This document shows, in pieces, positions 28,182 to 42,100 of a stretch of 64,000 nt of DNA. A model generated the notes under the pieces. That model made no database searches. It was not told where the DNA came from and was given only the letters and a program-made list of their open reading frames with translations. Position numbers and translations under genes: made by a program. Numbering within the stretch: the stretch's first letter is position 1; each line of letters opens with the position of its first letter. The DNA lies in NCBI GenBank assembly GCA_002189035.1, contig CM007990.1, positions 3,410,001 through 3,474,000 on the forward strand, read 5' to 3'. Source of the stretch: Utricularia gibba (Eukaryota; Plantae; Magnoliophyta).

Positions 28182-30246
28182 GAGTACAAAAAAGGTGTTG
28201 CATCTTCATGGATTCTCGAAAAATTAAATGTTAGAAAATAAAGATCATAATCTTTTGCCTTTTATTGACTAGATGTTAGAAAAATTGACAAAAAAATTAA
28301 TTTATTGTTTTTTTGAATGAATATTTTAGATATAATCATGTTCCTATTTCAAGGTAGAATCCTCACAAGTCCATTTAGAACTTACGCCTATAGGAGAATG
28401 CCTTTTGGGTTGTGTAATGCCCCAGCCACATTTTAGAGGAGTATGACTAGTATTTTCTCCAATTTTGGTGCGGATTTTATTGAAATATTTATGGATAATT
28501 TTACAATATGTGGAGAAAATTTTGAATGTTTGGACCATTTGGATCAAGTTTTGAGGATATATGTTGAATAAAACCTGGTTTTAAATTGTGAAAAATATCA
28601 TTTCACGGTAGATTATGAAATTGTTCTTGGGCATATGATTTCAAAAAAGGCAATTCAAGTAGATAAGGCAAAATCGCGATTATGATCTTTATAAGAGTTT
28701 CATGAAAAAAAATTTCTTGCATGTCGGTTTTTATAAGAGGTTCATTAAAAAATTTTCCAAAATTGCTTTAACTCTTAGTAGATTGTTGCATAATGATATT
28801 CTCTTTGATTTTGATTATTCATGTAAACATACTTTCAATTGTTAGAAAAAGGCTATTACTATTGCACTTGTGATGCAACCACCTAACTAGAGATATGATT
28901 TTGAGATCATGTGCGATGTTAGTACCCATGCTATAGGAGTAGTTTTAGGACAGAAAATTGAATGAAATTACAATGTCATTTCTTATGGTTCCAAAACCTA
29001 AGACGAAGCCCAAAAAATTATATAATCAATGAAAGAGAATTTTTATCTTTTAGTAGCAAAGTGGTGGTCTACATAGATCATTCCGCGATGAAGCACTTGA
29101 TGGAGGACTCCAAACAAAAGTTATCAGATGGGTCCTATTGATTTAAGAGTTTGATGTTAAAATCAAGGATAGACCTGGAAGGAAAAACTCAGTGGCTGAT
29201 CATCTCATCATAATTGAAGGTAATGAAGATGAGTGGATCATCACAAAAATGTTCTAGATGAATAGTTATTCTTGTTTAATACTAATATATGTGAATCATG
29301 GTTTGCTGATTTTGTGAACATTGTTTGAATAGGAGTGATGCCACTTGGAATAGATTATTATGAAAGGAACAAAATGAAGAATGATGATAACTGCATATGG
29401 GATTATTCATATTTATGGAAGAGATGCAACGATGCCATCATTCGAAAGTTCTTCAATGAAATTGAAATTTGAAAAATCATCAATTCTTATCATGCAAAAC
29501 CACTTGATGATTACCATGGACCAAATTGAATAGCTAGAAAAATTTTGAATTGTGGATTTTATTGGGCTCATATTTCTAGAGTTGTTACGCTTATTACAAA
29601 GGTTGTAAACCATGCCAAAGAGTGGAAAATTTATCAAAAAAATGCAATGCCTCAATAAGAAATTCTATGTATAGATATGGATTTTATTGCACCATTTCCC
29701 ACTTCAGCAGGTTTTAACTATATTCTGGTTTGCAATTGATTGTGTGTCTTAATGGATTGAGGCAATTCCAACACAGAGTAATGATGTGAAGATTGTGATT
29801 AAATTCTTGTGCAATAACATCTTTGTGAGATATAAAACTCCTAAAGCCCTGATTAGTGATAGGGGAACCCATTTTAACAACAGGCCTTGAGGAGTGTTTT
29901 GAATCAATTCCATGTTTGTTACAAGCCTTTTACAATATATCATCCAAAAACTCACGGACAAGCTAATGTTTCCAATAGGGAAATCAAACAGATTCTAGAG
30001 AAAGTTATGAACCCAAATAGGAAAGACTAGAGCATGAGATTGAAGGATGCACTTCGGTCCATATGAACACCATACAAGACCCCCATTAAAACCTCAACAT
30101 TTTTGTTGGTCTATAGGAAGCCTTGTAGGTTACCAGCAGTCCTTGTAGATATATGATAGTGATGCTAACAAATGATTTTTGGTAAATGGGCATCGGTTGA
30201 AAATTTTTTATGAGAATATTGACAATGTGTTTACTTAAAATATGGA

Positions 30247-31580
30247 TGATGTATGTTTTTTACACAACAAATTTTAAATATTTTTAAAACTCGTAAAACA
30301 CAAATATGTAATACAAGTGTCGAACATATGGAGTTATTTTTCAGTGAAAGATGAAGTTACATCGAATACAACTGTCACGATTTGTAAACGGTTTTGTAAA
30401 GTAAAAGGTGCGAGAAACGTAAGCGATGAAACTTGAGTAAGGAGGTAAGAGGCTTGATAAAAAAAAATAAACATAAGTGATGAACCTTAAATAAAGTTAA
30501 AATGTTCTTAAGATTGGAATTCTATCCAACTACATTATTTGCATCTTCACTCTTCTCTCATTTTCTCGCATACTCAGTTATAATAGTAAAGAATTGCTTA
30601 CCCTCCCTTACACTCTCTTGCAAGAAGGCACAGGAATAGCCTGATGTTGCTCCTCCTTGGAGAAACGTGAAGATAAGAAGTCCTATCATCGTATCCTCAT
30701 GGTCAAATTGCACGCGTGTGCCCGAGTGTTGCCAATGACCCAATGAGTCCAGATATAAGGTCACTATCTATCTATTTATCTTGAAGTACGGCCATAGACA
30801 AAATGTTGTCTCCCTCTTGTCAAAAGGAGATGAGTTGGTGCTTTCCATCGTAACCTCTTCAAAACTTACAGGTAGTGATCAGCTACCCATGAATCTTGAA
30901 TAAGGGCACTATTACGGATAGACTGTAACATAGTCATGTGAATACATACAAAACCGATCAAACTCAAAGAAGAAATGGAGATTAACTAGCGAAACGTAGA
31001 ACTGGGAATCTCCTAACCCAGAAACAAAAGTTTCTAGCCACAAACGACCATATAAACGAATGAAAATGGAAGTAGATTCGAGAGATAAGCTAGAGGAAAA
31101 ATCCTCTAGAGAGATAAACTACAAGTCTGAACTAAAACTAGAATTTAATGCTGAATGTCTGAACTGAACTACTTTGTGTGAGTTTTCGTGTTCCTCTGGT
31201 TCTGCTAAACTAGAGTGACTTGCAAGAAAATGTTGACACTAGTACATTAATAATATCATATGTCAGAGACTCCCGTGTACCGCACATTAAGGCTCATCAT
31301 TTGGCATCTGCAATCTTCCGGAAATTAAGGAGATGTCAGTTCGGGAAGATCCATTTTATCGTCATCTGCTACCTTCTTTCTCTCACTTCCTACGATGTGT
31401 TTACCTCTAAAAAAACTTAAACAAAATTATCAAAAATATTAGATAAAATACAAGATTTAGAAAAATTACCCTAAATTAGATAAAAGCCTAAATTTTATAA
31501 TCTAATTTTTAACTAAACAACTTAAATCATATTTAGATATAAAAACAACCTAAAAGATAATGAGAAAATGACGCTTAACA
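30247..31580 (-). mobile_element. Family A-related solo LTR (A')
   Basis: TGATGTATG...GACGCTTAACA with perfect TSD ATGGA (30242-30246 and 31581-31585). Reverse-complement homology to 36650-38550. Confidence 0.9.
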
Positions 31581-32699
31581 ATGGAGATGATAAAGGTGGT
31601 GAATGCACCAGCAACATAGCCACACGAGAACTTGAGTCCAAGACTATAAACAAGGGCACTCCTGTGAGGCAAAACCACATGGCTAAGTTTCATTTTCACA
31701 TTTTACATTCTATTGAAGTATAGTTATTTTTTTTAGGATTTCAGCCATATTTTTGCTGCTCAAAGATGAATTAGGTTTAAGGGAACTTACCAATGGGGAG
31801 TTACAAAAATCAGACTATTGATATGGTAGGAAGTTGAACTAAAACAAAATGAGGCAAATGCCCTCGATGTTCGAATTAACTTGGAAGAACTGTTTTATTC
31901 TTCCTCTTTTTTACCCATTTTCTCTGCAATTTTCTTGAGAAATTAGAGTTGTAGACCCATAATGCCGATGAAAAGAAGTGCAAGGAATGCCATGAATGAG
32001 AAGTCTTATCAATAGAAAATGCAAACGAAAACCCAAATGAAGGTGCTAGACATGCTGAAGCCGAAACCATTATTGCTATAACTTGGAAGAAGGGGTTCCA
32101 CCTACTCCAGCAACTGCAGAGGATTAGAGGAATAGATGCAATTCTTACAGTAGTAGGTGTGGGTGAACCTTCTGGAGTGAAGCAAAGCAAATGGGTTTCA
32201 AATTTGGAGCACATCAGCTCAGAGCAAAGACTAATGGATTTGCAGCAAAGTTACAAAAGGAAAAAGACGACGGCGGACGAGCCCATTGCACCACCATAGG
32301 TCGTAGTTAAGAAGAAGGGAAGAAACCTAGAAGGAAAATGCAGGACAACCCACCAATTGAACCTATTCCTGAGAAGAAACTATTATATTAGAGGAAAATA
32401 TACTGCCAGTTGTAGAAGAAAATGATGGAAATTCCAGAGATGAGGAGCAAGCATGGAAAGAAGAACTAGCTACTAGAGAAGAGAATATCATATTGGAAAT
32501 GAAAATGAAACTAGAGATGTAGAGAGGATAGAAGAGCAAGCTGTACAGTCACTAATCTAGGGTCGGAAGAAGTAGGAGACTCCACTTGTAGAAACTATTG
32601 AGGGCAGCGCCGAGGAGGAGCATGAAGGCATTGAAAAGGTAATAAAATTTCTTGAAAATTACCTTATGTTTATGAATGTTGGGACAATTGCAATAGAAA

Positions 32700-33480
32700 G
32701 CGAGAGATTTTAGAGACAAATGAATCAGAAGGGAATTCCTGAATTCAAGCACCACGCCAGCATGATGAATGATAAATACCTGAAATTTGCGACAAAAGAA
32801 TATGTGCCAAAGTATTGCTGTGCTGTCACATTGACTTCAAAATTTACATTGAATTGTTGTATGAATTTACCTCTACATTTACATATAAAATTTCAGAAAC
32901 TATTTTAGTTCTTGCTGTTGTGTATTTCCAATTGATGGACACTAAATTTTCGTTTTCATTGACTGAGGAAAATGTAGCTCTAGGTTTCTGTTCAAAACAA
33001 GAAATGGACTCGCATGATTTTTGATGCTTCATTATTTGAATATCCTGCAAAATTTGATGCAGAGGAATTTTATAGATTCTTAACTAACCAGGATGTCATT
33101 GAGTTTAAGGCAAAGGGTATGAAGGCTTAATCATTTTTTGATCGCATGATGCACTATGTTCATATGTTAATCACTACAACTCTCTTTGATAGAAATATAT
33201 GATTTAATGCTCTCTATAAACATGAATTATTTGTATTGCAGTATATTATGCACAAATGATCTTTGAACTTAGGCATCATGCTACCTGAGCAAATGAATAG
33301 TGATTATAGGCACGCAAAAATTCAGTACTTAAGTTATGGTCATATTGTCATGCATCTCGTTCATACCCTGTGTCTTGAAAAGATGTCTGAATTGGAATTC
33401 TTCCGTGTTGAAACTAAGAAAATACCTTTGGACAAATATTTCTTGAATTCTGCTGCACTAATCAAAGCCTAAGGAAGTGA
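32700..33480 (+). pseudogene. Athila ORF2/env-like (ATHILA ORF-1-type) remnant
   Basis: IYIELLYEFTSTFTYK..VYFQLMDTKFSFSLTEENVALGF resembles the ..EFLSTL..I.FRL.G..Y.LS..EF..ALGF pattern of Athila extra ORFs. It lies between the integrase and the 3' LTR. Confidence 0.55.
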
Positions 33481-34473
33481 CTTTATCTTCATATCTTTGG
33501 CAGGACTGAAAGAAAGCATAATTCCAAGGAAGAGAAGTGAAAACACTACTGCTCTGTCAACCTCAGCTCAAGAAGAGAAAAGCTACTGCTACCTAAAAAT
33601 ACTAGAGGCGATATATGACAAAGTGTCTGACCTAAATTGGGAAATTAAAGAATTAAAACAAGGAGTGACTAACATCTCCCTAAACAAGTAATTTGCTGCT
33701 ATGATAGTTTTGTATGAAGTGTGACATATGTTAGTCCATGTTTGGACTTAAACAAGTGTTTTTTGTCTATTTTTATTTAGTGCCAATAAATATGAAGTGT
33801 GAGTACTTGGTCAACACTCAACGATATAGAAAAGACCATGATATTATTCCTGGATAGTCTAGAACTAGCTATTCCTTTACTTCCTTGTATACAAAAAAAA
33901 AAGAGAAAAAGAGAGGAAAAAAAAGAGAGATCTAGACAATGAGTTTACAACCATACTCCTCAATAGTTTTTGAATGAATCAACTTGATGAAATGATCTTT
34001 GAAAGCACTACTTCAAAGGAATCCATTCATGCATATTTGAGTGCTCACATGACATGCACACTAGCGCGTCAATGGCTTATGCATTCAAACTTATACCTAA
34101 GTTGTTTATATTCAACATTGATGCGAAGGAAGTCAGTTTTCTATTAGTATTATTTAGTACTTGAAGACAAATTTAATATCATTGTAGCATAGTGTGATAA
34201 CACATGAATTTTTCTACTTTTAGGTTATAAAAGTTGTGACTTTTAAATTATGTTTTGGGTATTTATTTTATGATTTTAAGTACTTTGAAAAATTTCAGCA
34301 TAGATATGATTTTATGTATATATGGACTAAATCTTTTGATTTAACTCATTCTATGTTATTAACTCTTTTTGAGCATAACAACAAAGTCAAAATTAAAGAA
34401 GAGCAAGACAGGAATTTCATGTAGCAATCACTTAGTAGGATAGGATATAAAGTATAAAAGTAGTAGGTGATGA

Positions 34474-35933
34474 TATTGGGTTTCTCGTAGACATCGTATA
34501 TCAAAAAAGTAGCGGAATTTAAAAATTTTCAAGAAACCCTCAACGTAGATCTTAGAATATCGTATACATCAGATAAAGGAATGTTGAAAATACCTTTTAG
34601 AGGACTTCATTGTTCACCAATCGCCAATAGCAGACGGCCTCTATGATATCCACACGTGAAGCACTCCATCGATAACCTTCTCAAGGCCGTAGAATGCTGG
34701 TCGATCTGCTCAGCTGCTAGTAGAGAAAAACACCCTCTTGCGGATCAATCTTAAAGAGCACGAAGATGTGTGAAGCAGATTTGTAGATCTAAATCTTTTG
34801 ATAGATATTTGGTGACATATCAAATCAAATCTACATAAAGATCTTATAATGTGGAGATACATATATGTTCCAAATCTTATTTATATCATATCGTTTATTT
34901 TGAGTTAATTTCAAAATAACTCTCTATTTAATTTATATCATTCTATTTTATATCGATGAGTGACTTCACTATTGTGTTTGACCCTATAGGCTTCTTCAAT
35001 CAAGGTCGTAATAATGGATTTATTAATTAACTCTTAATTAATAAAATCCATCATTATCGATCATGAGTGATGTTTAGCAACATATCATGATCCCCAAAAT
35101 TAAAGAATAATCAGGTGAACTAATTCAGCATTTCCATGACCAGTCACCATGCAATGAATAGCTTTCATCATATTTATATCTCATTCGATACCAGAACATG
35201 GGTGTGTGTCTTTCTGATATATCGAACTTATAATTGCATTCAAGCACTAACACTCAATAGCCTACTCAAACAATTCGAGTGTCATTACCCTGGGCCCAGG
35301 ACTTACTATTTGGGTTTGATGCAATTACTTGAAATATGATATCATAACTAACATGAGTGATGAATCCTTTTTTGATTAATCAACTATCTCCAGGCTTAAG
35401 GAGTCACATCTCTACTCATCCATACTAGGCAAGCCATGGTTAGGCTCCTATTAGTAATGAGCGAAAATGCGAGCTTAAGATCAAGATAACTTTTTTGACC
35501 TCAAATCTAAGCTTACTTGCACGACTGTCATACTCGAGATCTTGCTATTGACACTTGGTTAACTTCCTATTGTAGCATCTCGAAGATGAGTCATCCAGTG
35601 AATCGATTCTCTAATCGACACCCACACATAGGCTCTAGTAATCTCATTATATCAATTGTGAGAACCATTGCCTAAACAGTTTAGGGAAGTAAATGTGTGC
35701 CAGCTTATCTGTATTTGTGATATCCTCATTTCACAAATACTCTAGTCAGGGAGTTTTTAACTTGAACATAAATGCTTGAAGAATCTCACATTATGATCTC
35801 ATCATAATTTCTATAGCACATAGATCAAGTAAAGGATTTTATCAATTATATAAACTTGATCACAATTCAAAGTAAACATCAAAAGATAAGATTTGTCAAT
35901 GAGTTGATTGTCTCTAGAACACATACACCAACA
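34474..35933 (-). mobile_element. Angela-like solo LTR, family C, copy 2, inside the B2 3' LTR
   Basis: TATTGGGTTTCTCGTAGAC...CATACACCAACA with perfect TSD GATGA (34469-34473 and 35934-35938). Confidence 0.9.
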
Positions 35934-36649
35934 GATGATGCAACTTTCACTATATCAGACTGCACGTCAAAGGTAGGCAATATGGTTGTCAAGAATAGTA
36001 CCAGCTCCAAGAAGAGTTAGAATCGCCCTTCCGCTCAAGTTGGAGAAAGAGAGAGAAAGATATTTTTGGAGGAGATAGAATCGAAAAAAACACACATAGA
36101 GCTTATTGGACAAGCTTGAAAACAAAACAATAGGGATGAAGAAGTCAATTTTTTCAGAAAAAAATCTCCAACATGAATAATAAGTATTGAAGCCTAATTC
36201 AATGCTACTATTCCGACTTCTGAATAGTAGCTAATAGATAACAGATCATTTTACTTTTTCTTTAATTTATTTGATATTTTCTTTAGATGAATGTGTATCT
36301 CACAATGTTTATGATATTTTCTTTAATTTATCTTGATGAGATCGTGATTTTCTTATCACACATGATTAACTAAATTTAGGGATACGTTAAGGTGTGAGAA
36401 GGTAATATGGTTTAGGGTTTAATGGTTTATGATTTAAGAGATAATCTACCATTGTATACATTAGCTTTCATTTCTAACATCGCCTGGGTAGACCTAAGGG
36501 GGGTGGAAGCTACGAAGCTTGATTTAGAGGTAAACCAACGAATAAAGAGAGAAATAGTAGGCATTATTTTGTATGTAGAAACCTAGTTCTATATATTTTG
36601 CATGCAGATAGAACTAAGTTGGAAATTGGTGATGATATTCGAGACTGAC

Positions 36650-38550
36650 TGTTAAGTGTCATTTTCTTATTATATTTTAGGTTGTTTTTATGTTTTAATG
36701 TGATTAGAATTGTTTAATTATAAATTTAATATAAGATTTAGGTTTTATTAAGTTGGGATAATTTTCCTAAATCTTATATTTTATCTAATATTTTCGCTAG
36801 TTTTATTTAAGTTTTTCTAGAGTTAAACACATGGTATCAAGTGAGATAAAGAAGGCTGTAATTGGTGACAAAATGGATCTTTCTAAATTGACATCTCCTT
36901 GATTTCCAGAAGATTGTAGATGCCTAATCATGAGTCTTGATGTGCGGTACATGAAAGTCTCTAATAGATGAAATCATTAACATACCAATGTCAGAGTAGG
37001 AGCTTTCTTGCAAGTCACTCCAATTCACAATAGGACCAAGGGAACACGAAAACTCATACTTTCATTAGAATTCAGTTCAGTTCAGACATTCAGCATTGAT
37101 GATAAACAAGGATTTTTACAACGCTATTCAAATTGTAAATTCTCATATGAAACAAAATTTATAACCTAATACGCATTCGAACATAATACAATTATGAGCA
37201 TAGTGTTTAGGATCGAACACGAAGAATAGGCACTTGTCATGTGATTATCAATGCATGCAATCAGTGTCACGTTGATAGATTTAGTCTTAACTCGGATTAA
37301 GGTAAATTTGCGATAAAACACAATAATGAAAAACAACAACTTTAGCACTCGGCTGTACCTAAGATGAGATGGTTGATGCCTTAGGACTCGTAGGGGATGT
37401 AAGTTTATCACTAAAACATGCTCACACAAATCATAAATCAAACATTTAACAAACAAAGTTTAGATCTACCCGAACTCTTGTTTTCCCCCTAATCTTTGGT
37501 CTACCTCTAATTAGGGTTGTTAAGATGGGTTTTACTACTTCTCCCTCCTAGATCTATCCTAGTTTGTTAAGAAAGTAGCATGATTTATGATTAATAAAGT
37601 ATAAAAATTGATGAGCACATTTCTCTCCTTTTCACCTCAAGGCACCCTGAAGTGTTTAACCACTCATACTTAAGGTAAATGAAAATGAAAGGTGAAACAT
37701 CATCTACATTGTACTCATCTCAAAGTCAATAACTAGAAAATAAACAAGCAAAGAATGTAAAAAGTTCAACAGAAAACTAGAATTGTCACAGGTTACTATT
37801 AGCTAAGAGTAATGCTCCTAAATAACAAAAAGTTAATCTTCAGATTTCAGCTTCGTTCTTGTTTTTCTCCTACATCCCCCTTCCTTCTTCTTCCCCAGAT
37901 CTCTTCTCCAAAAAAAGTGTCGTGTGTCCCAATGGGGAAGATCCCTTTTCTCTCTCCATCTTGTCTCATTTTATGTCCAAAATCCTCTTTTTTCCTCTCC
38001 TTGGATTTTGTGTTCTTCTTTTTAGCCTTTTGTCTCATCCTATACCATTGCACTATTCATATCCGGCTTCTTGGGATTTGGGTTGCCAGCAGGCGCTATA
38101 TTACTCAAAGAAAACTATTAGAACTAAGGTTGGAACTAAATCTACAATGTTGTCCCAACTAGGAATAAAAAGCACAACTACGATACTATTTGCAAAAGCA
38201 TAAAAATAGTCAATAAAGATTAAATTTTTGTAGCACAATATGAGTCATTTCCCTATACTCAATTACTCAAAAATATGTGTTATCAATTGATCTCTAATTT
38301 AGTTTTAAACTTTTGTTTATCTCTCTAGAGGATTTTGCTGTAGCTTCTCTCTAGAATTTGTTTTCGTTTTCTTTAGTTTGTATGGCCGTTCACGGCTAGA
38401 AACTTTCGTTTCTAGGTTGGGAGACTTCCAGTTCTATGTTTAGCTAGTTAATCTCCATTTCTTCTTTGAATCTGATCAGGTTCTATATGTCTTCGCATAA
38501 CTATATTACAGTCTTTCTATAACATTCGTCTTATTCAAGATTCTTAGTTA
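36650..38550 (+). mobile_element. Family A' LTR, 3'-truncated, interrupted by a B1 solo LTR
   Basis: Starts TGTTAAGTGTC. 36830-37094 and 38291-38550 match the reverse complement of 30900-31420. Confidence 0.75.
37100..38285 (-). mobile_element. Family B1 solo LTR
   Basis: TGATAAACAAG...ATGTGTTATCA with perfect TSD ATTGA (37095-37099 and 38286-38290). Confidence 0.9.
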
Positions 38551-38646
38551 GGTGATGTCTACTTGCAAATTTTGAAGAGAAGAAGGTGGAAAGCACCAAC
38601 TCATACCCTTTGGATAGGAGCAAGACAACGTTTTGTCTTAATGGGA

Positions 38647-39110
38647 TGTTAGCTTCTAATCAGTCAATTTTGATAAACCTCATCAGACTCTGCAAAAGGA
38701 GAGGAAAATGGAGATGGCATCCTGAGCCATTACTTCTTAAGTGGATAAAAGGAAAGATGGGCTCTAATAGTCATCAAATGAGCAAATCAGATAAAGATTC
38801 ATGGTAAAGGTCCATACCAAGGGAGCCCAAAGTGGATGCAATGGTAATCTACAAGAAGCAACGGTATTTTTTATTTTGATGGCCATAACACATAGCCTAT
38901 AAATATGAGATAAAAAATGCATTGTAAATACAATTTTTTAAATGAAACTACAAGTTTCTTGGTTATAAACTTCTTAAAATTATTTATAAAAATTGCTATT
39001 AAGAAACTACTTAAAGACTGTTCAACGCAAGCAGTTTTTTCATCCAACTTCAACCTTTAATCGCAGCTCTTCATCAACGTTCAGCTGTGTTCAGGTTTAT
39101 TCTTCAAACA
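38647..39110 (+). repeat. Copia LTR homologous to 16913-17265
   Basis: Both start TGTTAGCTTCT and share GATAAACCTCATCAGA, AATGGAGATGGCATC, AGTCATCAAATGAGCAAAT, GAGCCCAAAGTGGATGCAATGGTAA and GAAACTACAAGTTT (roughly 80% identical by eye to 38965). The right end is approximate. Confidence 0.8.
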
Positions 39111-42100
39111 AATCCCCTCCCTTTCGGTTTCTTATACACATTTGTGCAAAGTTTTTGGAGTGACACGAACACCCTCCTTGTGACGTGGGATAAAAGCATG
39201 GTGCACCACATGACACTTTTGTAAGTAGTCACGGGATAGCATTACTCCTCCGCTTGGACGGTATTATCATCATGATTATTAGATGAATATATAATGTTGC
39301 CACAAGATAGCAACTTGAAAATGTGGTGTGCACGACTCTTTGACATTCTTAGCATTATACTTTCATTGTGTCCATTCACAAGAACAAAAAAAAGAAAAAA
39401 GACCCAATGAAAATTACTTTGGGTTTAGAATTTTTGCATGGTGCGTGTTAGGATTTGACCATGCTAACTTAAAACTCATCTCAAGCACTTGTAAGTCCCT
39501 CGTGTCATTTAATGCTTACCGACTATTTGGGGGGAACATGGCGGTCTACACACCATGTGTGGCATATGACAATAACCAAAATATGATCTTTATGAGTGTG
39601 ATTATTAGCGAAGTGTATGTATGTCGGTGGACCAAATATCTCAGTCAAGAGAACATGGCTGACTGACCGGAGAGCAATAGCAACTATTTGCACCAATCTC
39701 TGCACCTTTGCCGACACCATACGGGTAACAAAGAAGTGGGGGGCCATCCCGGCTCAGTAGCCGGTAAGTGAGCAGTGAAGTGACAGGAATTTAAGAATTC
39801 CTTAAAGCAAAGGCGCCACGCAGGGGGCAGGCAACACAACGGCTACCAAGCATTTTCGGTTATACGTAGTGAGCAAGTTCTTCACTAATTCTAGTGTGGT
39901 AATTTTTTTTATGGCGCTTCTGCTGTGGAAAATATTTCCAAAAAAATTAATGTTTTTATAATAAGAGAATTCTACTGTTATTGCTTACATGTATTCATAA
40001 TATCATGCCGTTTAATGATCACCTTTAATAATTTAGGATATGATTGACAAGTGAGCATACATTGCTTAGTCCCAAATGTCTTTCTAAATGCATAATGCAT
40101 CACGGGTCCCAATCAGTACACGTCTCCCTAAAGGGAGATGGGGCTGAACAGTTTTCTGGCAAGCACACCCTGCCGACTACATTTTATATTTGTTAGCATA
40201 TGAACTTTGATTATAACATTGGATTCCTTGCTCTATAAACTGTTACTGAGCTCTTCAATGTGTTATGTAATGCAGTCAAACATTTTACTAACAATGAGAA
40301 AGGAAAAAACTTTTAAAGTTGATTTTTTAGCTAATAAAAACAACTGTACATTCATTTGTACATATTACAAATGAGAGTTTTCTTTTGTTAATGATTTTAC
40401 AAAATCATTAAATGTAACCGTGAAGATAAGCAAGTGTACAACTGAAGAAAATGTCCTGATTGAACCATTTACGTGAATCTAATGGACAAAAAATGTGGAT
40501 TCCCCTTTTTTCTTCAAACACAGACCAAGTTCCATTACAACATGCTCGTGAGGGTGAACCCATGGGGCACGTGCCCACACGAGGGGACCAAAACCCACAT
40601 CCAACTAACATTTGCAAGAAGACATTATGACGCTTGATTGAACCCACTTGGTTGTCTGATTTAGACCACGTCGTGAGACTATTTCCTTATCGAAAGGTCT
40701 AGAAATAATTATTTTTATCAAGTTACAAATTTACTACCTCGTAAAATGAGCACATATCTCACATTAAAATCTCCAAGTCTTCCCCAACGGCAGACTGATA
40801 TTGTAGATGCAAATCGGCTTGTGGCATCCCCAAGTCCAAATTCTTTATGTTGCAAGATAACCTAGGCAATTGGGTGAACACATTTAACATGATTTTAAAT
40901 TTTTAAAATACCTCAACTTTCATTAGATATTATTAAATACTTGTATTTATATATTTTTATTTAAAATTTATCCTACTTTTATTTTTTAAATTTTTTATTG
41001 ACATTGTGAGATAAATTAATTTATCTTATTTTATGTATTTACAAATGAAAATACAAAAATAATACAAAATTTTTTTTATAAAAAATCATTTAATTACTTA
41101 ATAAAATCTATATTTAAAATAGATAAATAAAATAGAATTTTGTTTATTTAAATTCACAATATACCTTTTAAGGCTCTTCATTTTAAAAACATATATATAA
41201 ATATACATTTATAATATATTATATATGATCAATTTGGTGGTAAAATAGTATGATAAATATTTTTTTGATTCATTAATAATAGTTTTAGTTTTCAATATTA
41301 GTTTATTATTTTTTCCCGAATAATGACCTATTTTTTAATTTTAAAATTCTATTTCATATATGTAATTTATTTAATAATAAAGTATACACAATAAAATGTA
41401 ATGCATAAAAAATAAGTAATATTTCATAACATTGTTTTTACTTTATTTACTTTTTTTGTATAATGTACATTTTTAGAATAACAATATAATATATTACATT
41501 TAAAATTCTTATGTTTGTTACAAATATTTATATTATTTTTATTCTATTTAAAGGATGTTTGGTGCATGAGGTACTATTTAGTTCAAGTTTCGTCTATTTG
41601 GGTATTTTTAAATAGGATTTATTGGATGAAACATAACTAATAAAAATTCAACATATGGTATGTTGGCTTTCATAATTTGCTATTTTTTGAATTTTTTATT
41701 TTTCAAACTCCCCTAAACTACACTTTAGTTCTGGACTCAAATTTTATAGTCTATTTTCTAAACCGCCAATTTATTTAATTATGAAATTAAGCAATTACCT
41801 AATTACTCGATTGAAGACTACGAGCCGGGATATGCCAAACTTCAGGAGTGGCAATTTTACATAATAATATATATGGTTTTAAATATAATAATAATAATAA
41901 TTCGTCTATCTTGTAAAATTTTATATAAACGTGCACTATGATAAAAAAAAAATTAATCACGTCTCATTTATAGTTTTCCGATTCTAATATTGAAAATGAC
42001 TGTTTTTCTGTTGTAATGAATGGTGAAAAAGAGGGCGGCCAATGACATCATGGTGAAAAAGGTGGAGATGCCCACTTCGCCATGTGATGGCCACGTGACT

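Larger units (their letters stand above)
25930..36649 (+). mobile_element. Athila-type element lacking its 5' LTR/gag: PR, RT, RNase H, integrase, ORF2-like region and interrupted 3' LTR (B2, from 34195)
   Basis: KDPGAFFIPC (~25965); YAYRRMPFGLCNAPATF (~28385); FEIMCDVSTHAIGVVLGQK (~28900); integrase 29400-30130; a degenerate TTGAAGACAA..PPT before TGATAACACA at 34195. Many stops and frameshifts. Confidence 0.85.
16913..39110 (+). mobile_element. Old Ty1/copia element expanded to ~22 kb by nested insertions
   Basis: Collinear plus-strand pieces: LTR 16913-~17265; gag (~17430, YDMWDDKMSFHLDSLDLWD); GAG-pre-integrase (IWHKRFRHANF ~18030); integrase 20643-20900; integrase C-terminus/SH3 23202-23616; RT 23870-24510 and 25350-25880; PPT-like AATGGGA then a second LTR at 38647. 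That both LTRs belong to one insertion is an inference, since no TSD was found. Confidence 0.7.

Noticed and set aside
35136-35339. Similar short ORFs in Angela LTR copies (also 57541-57765, 56930-57121)
   Set aside because: They reflect LTR homology only. The frames are short, have no known domain and are not kept in all copies.
41550-41850. TAA-AGGATGTTTGG, a Harbinger/Tourist-like end
   Set aside because: The only candidate partner (CCAAACTTC at ~41837) matches poorly and has no TSD.
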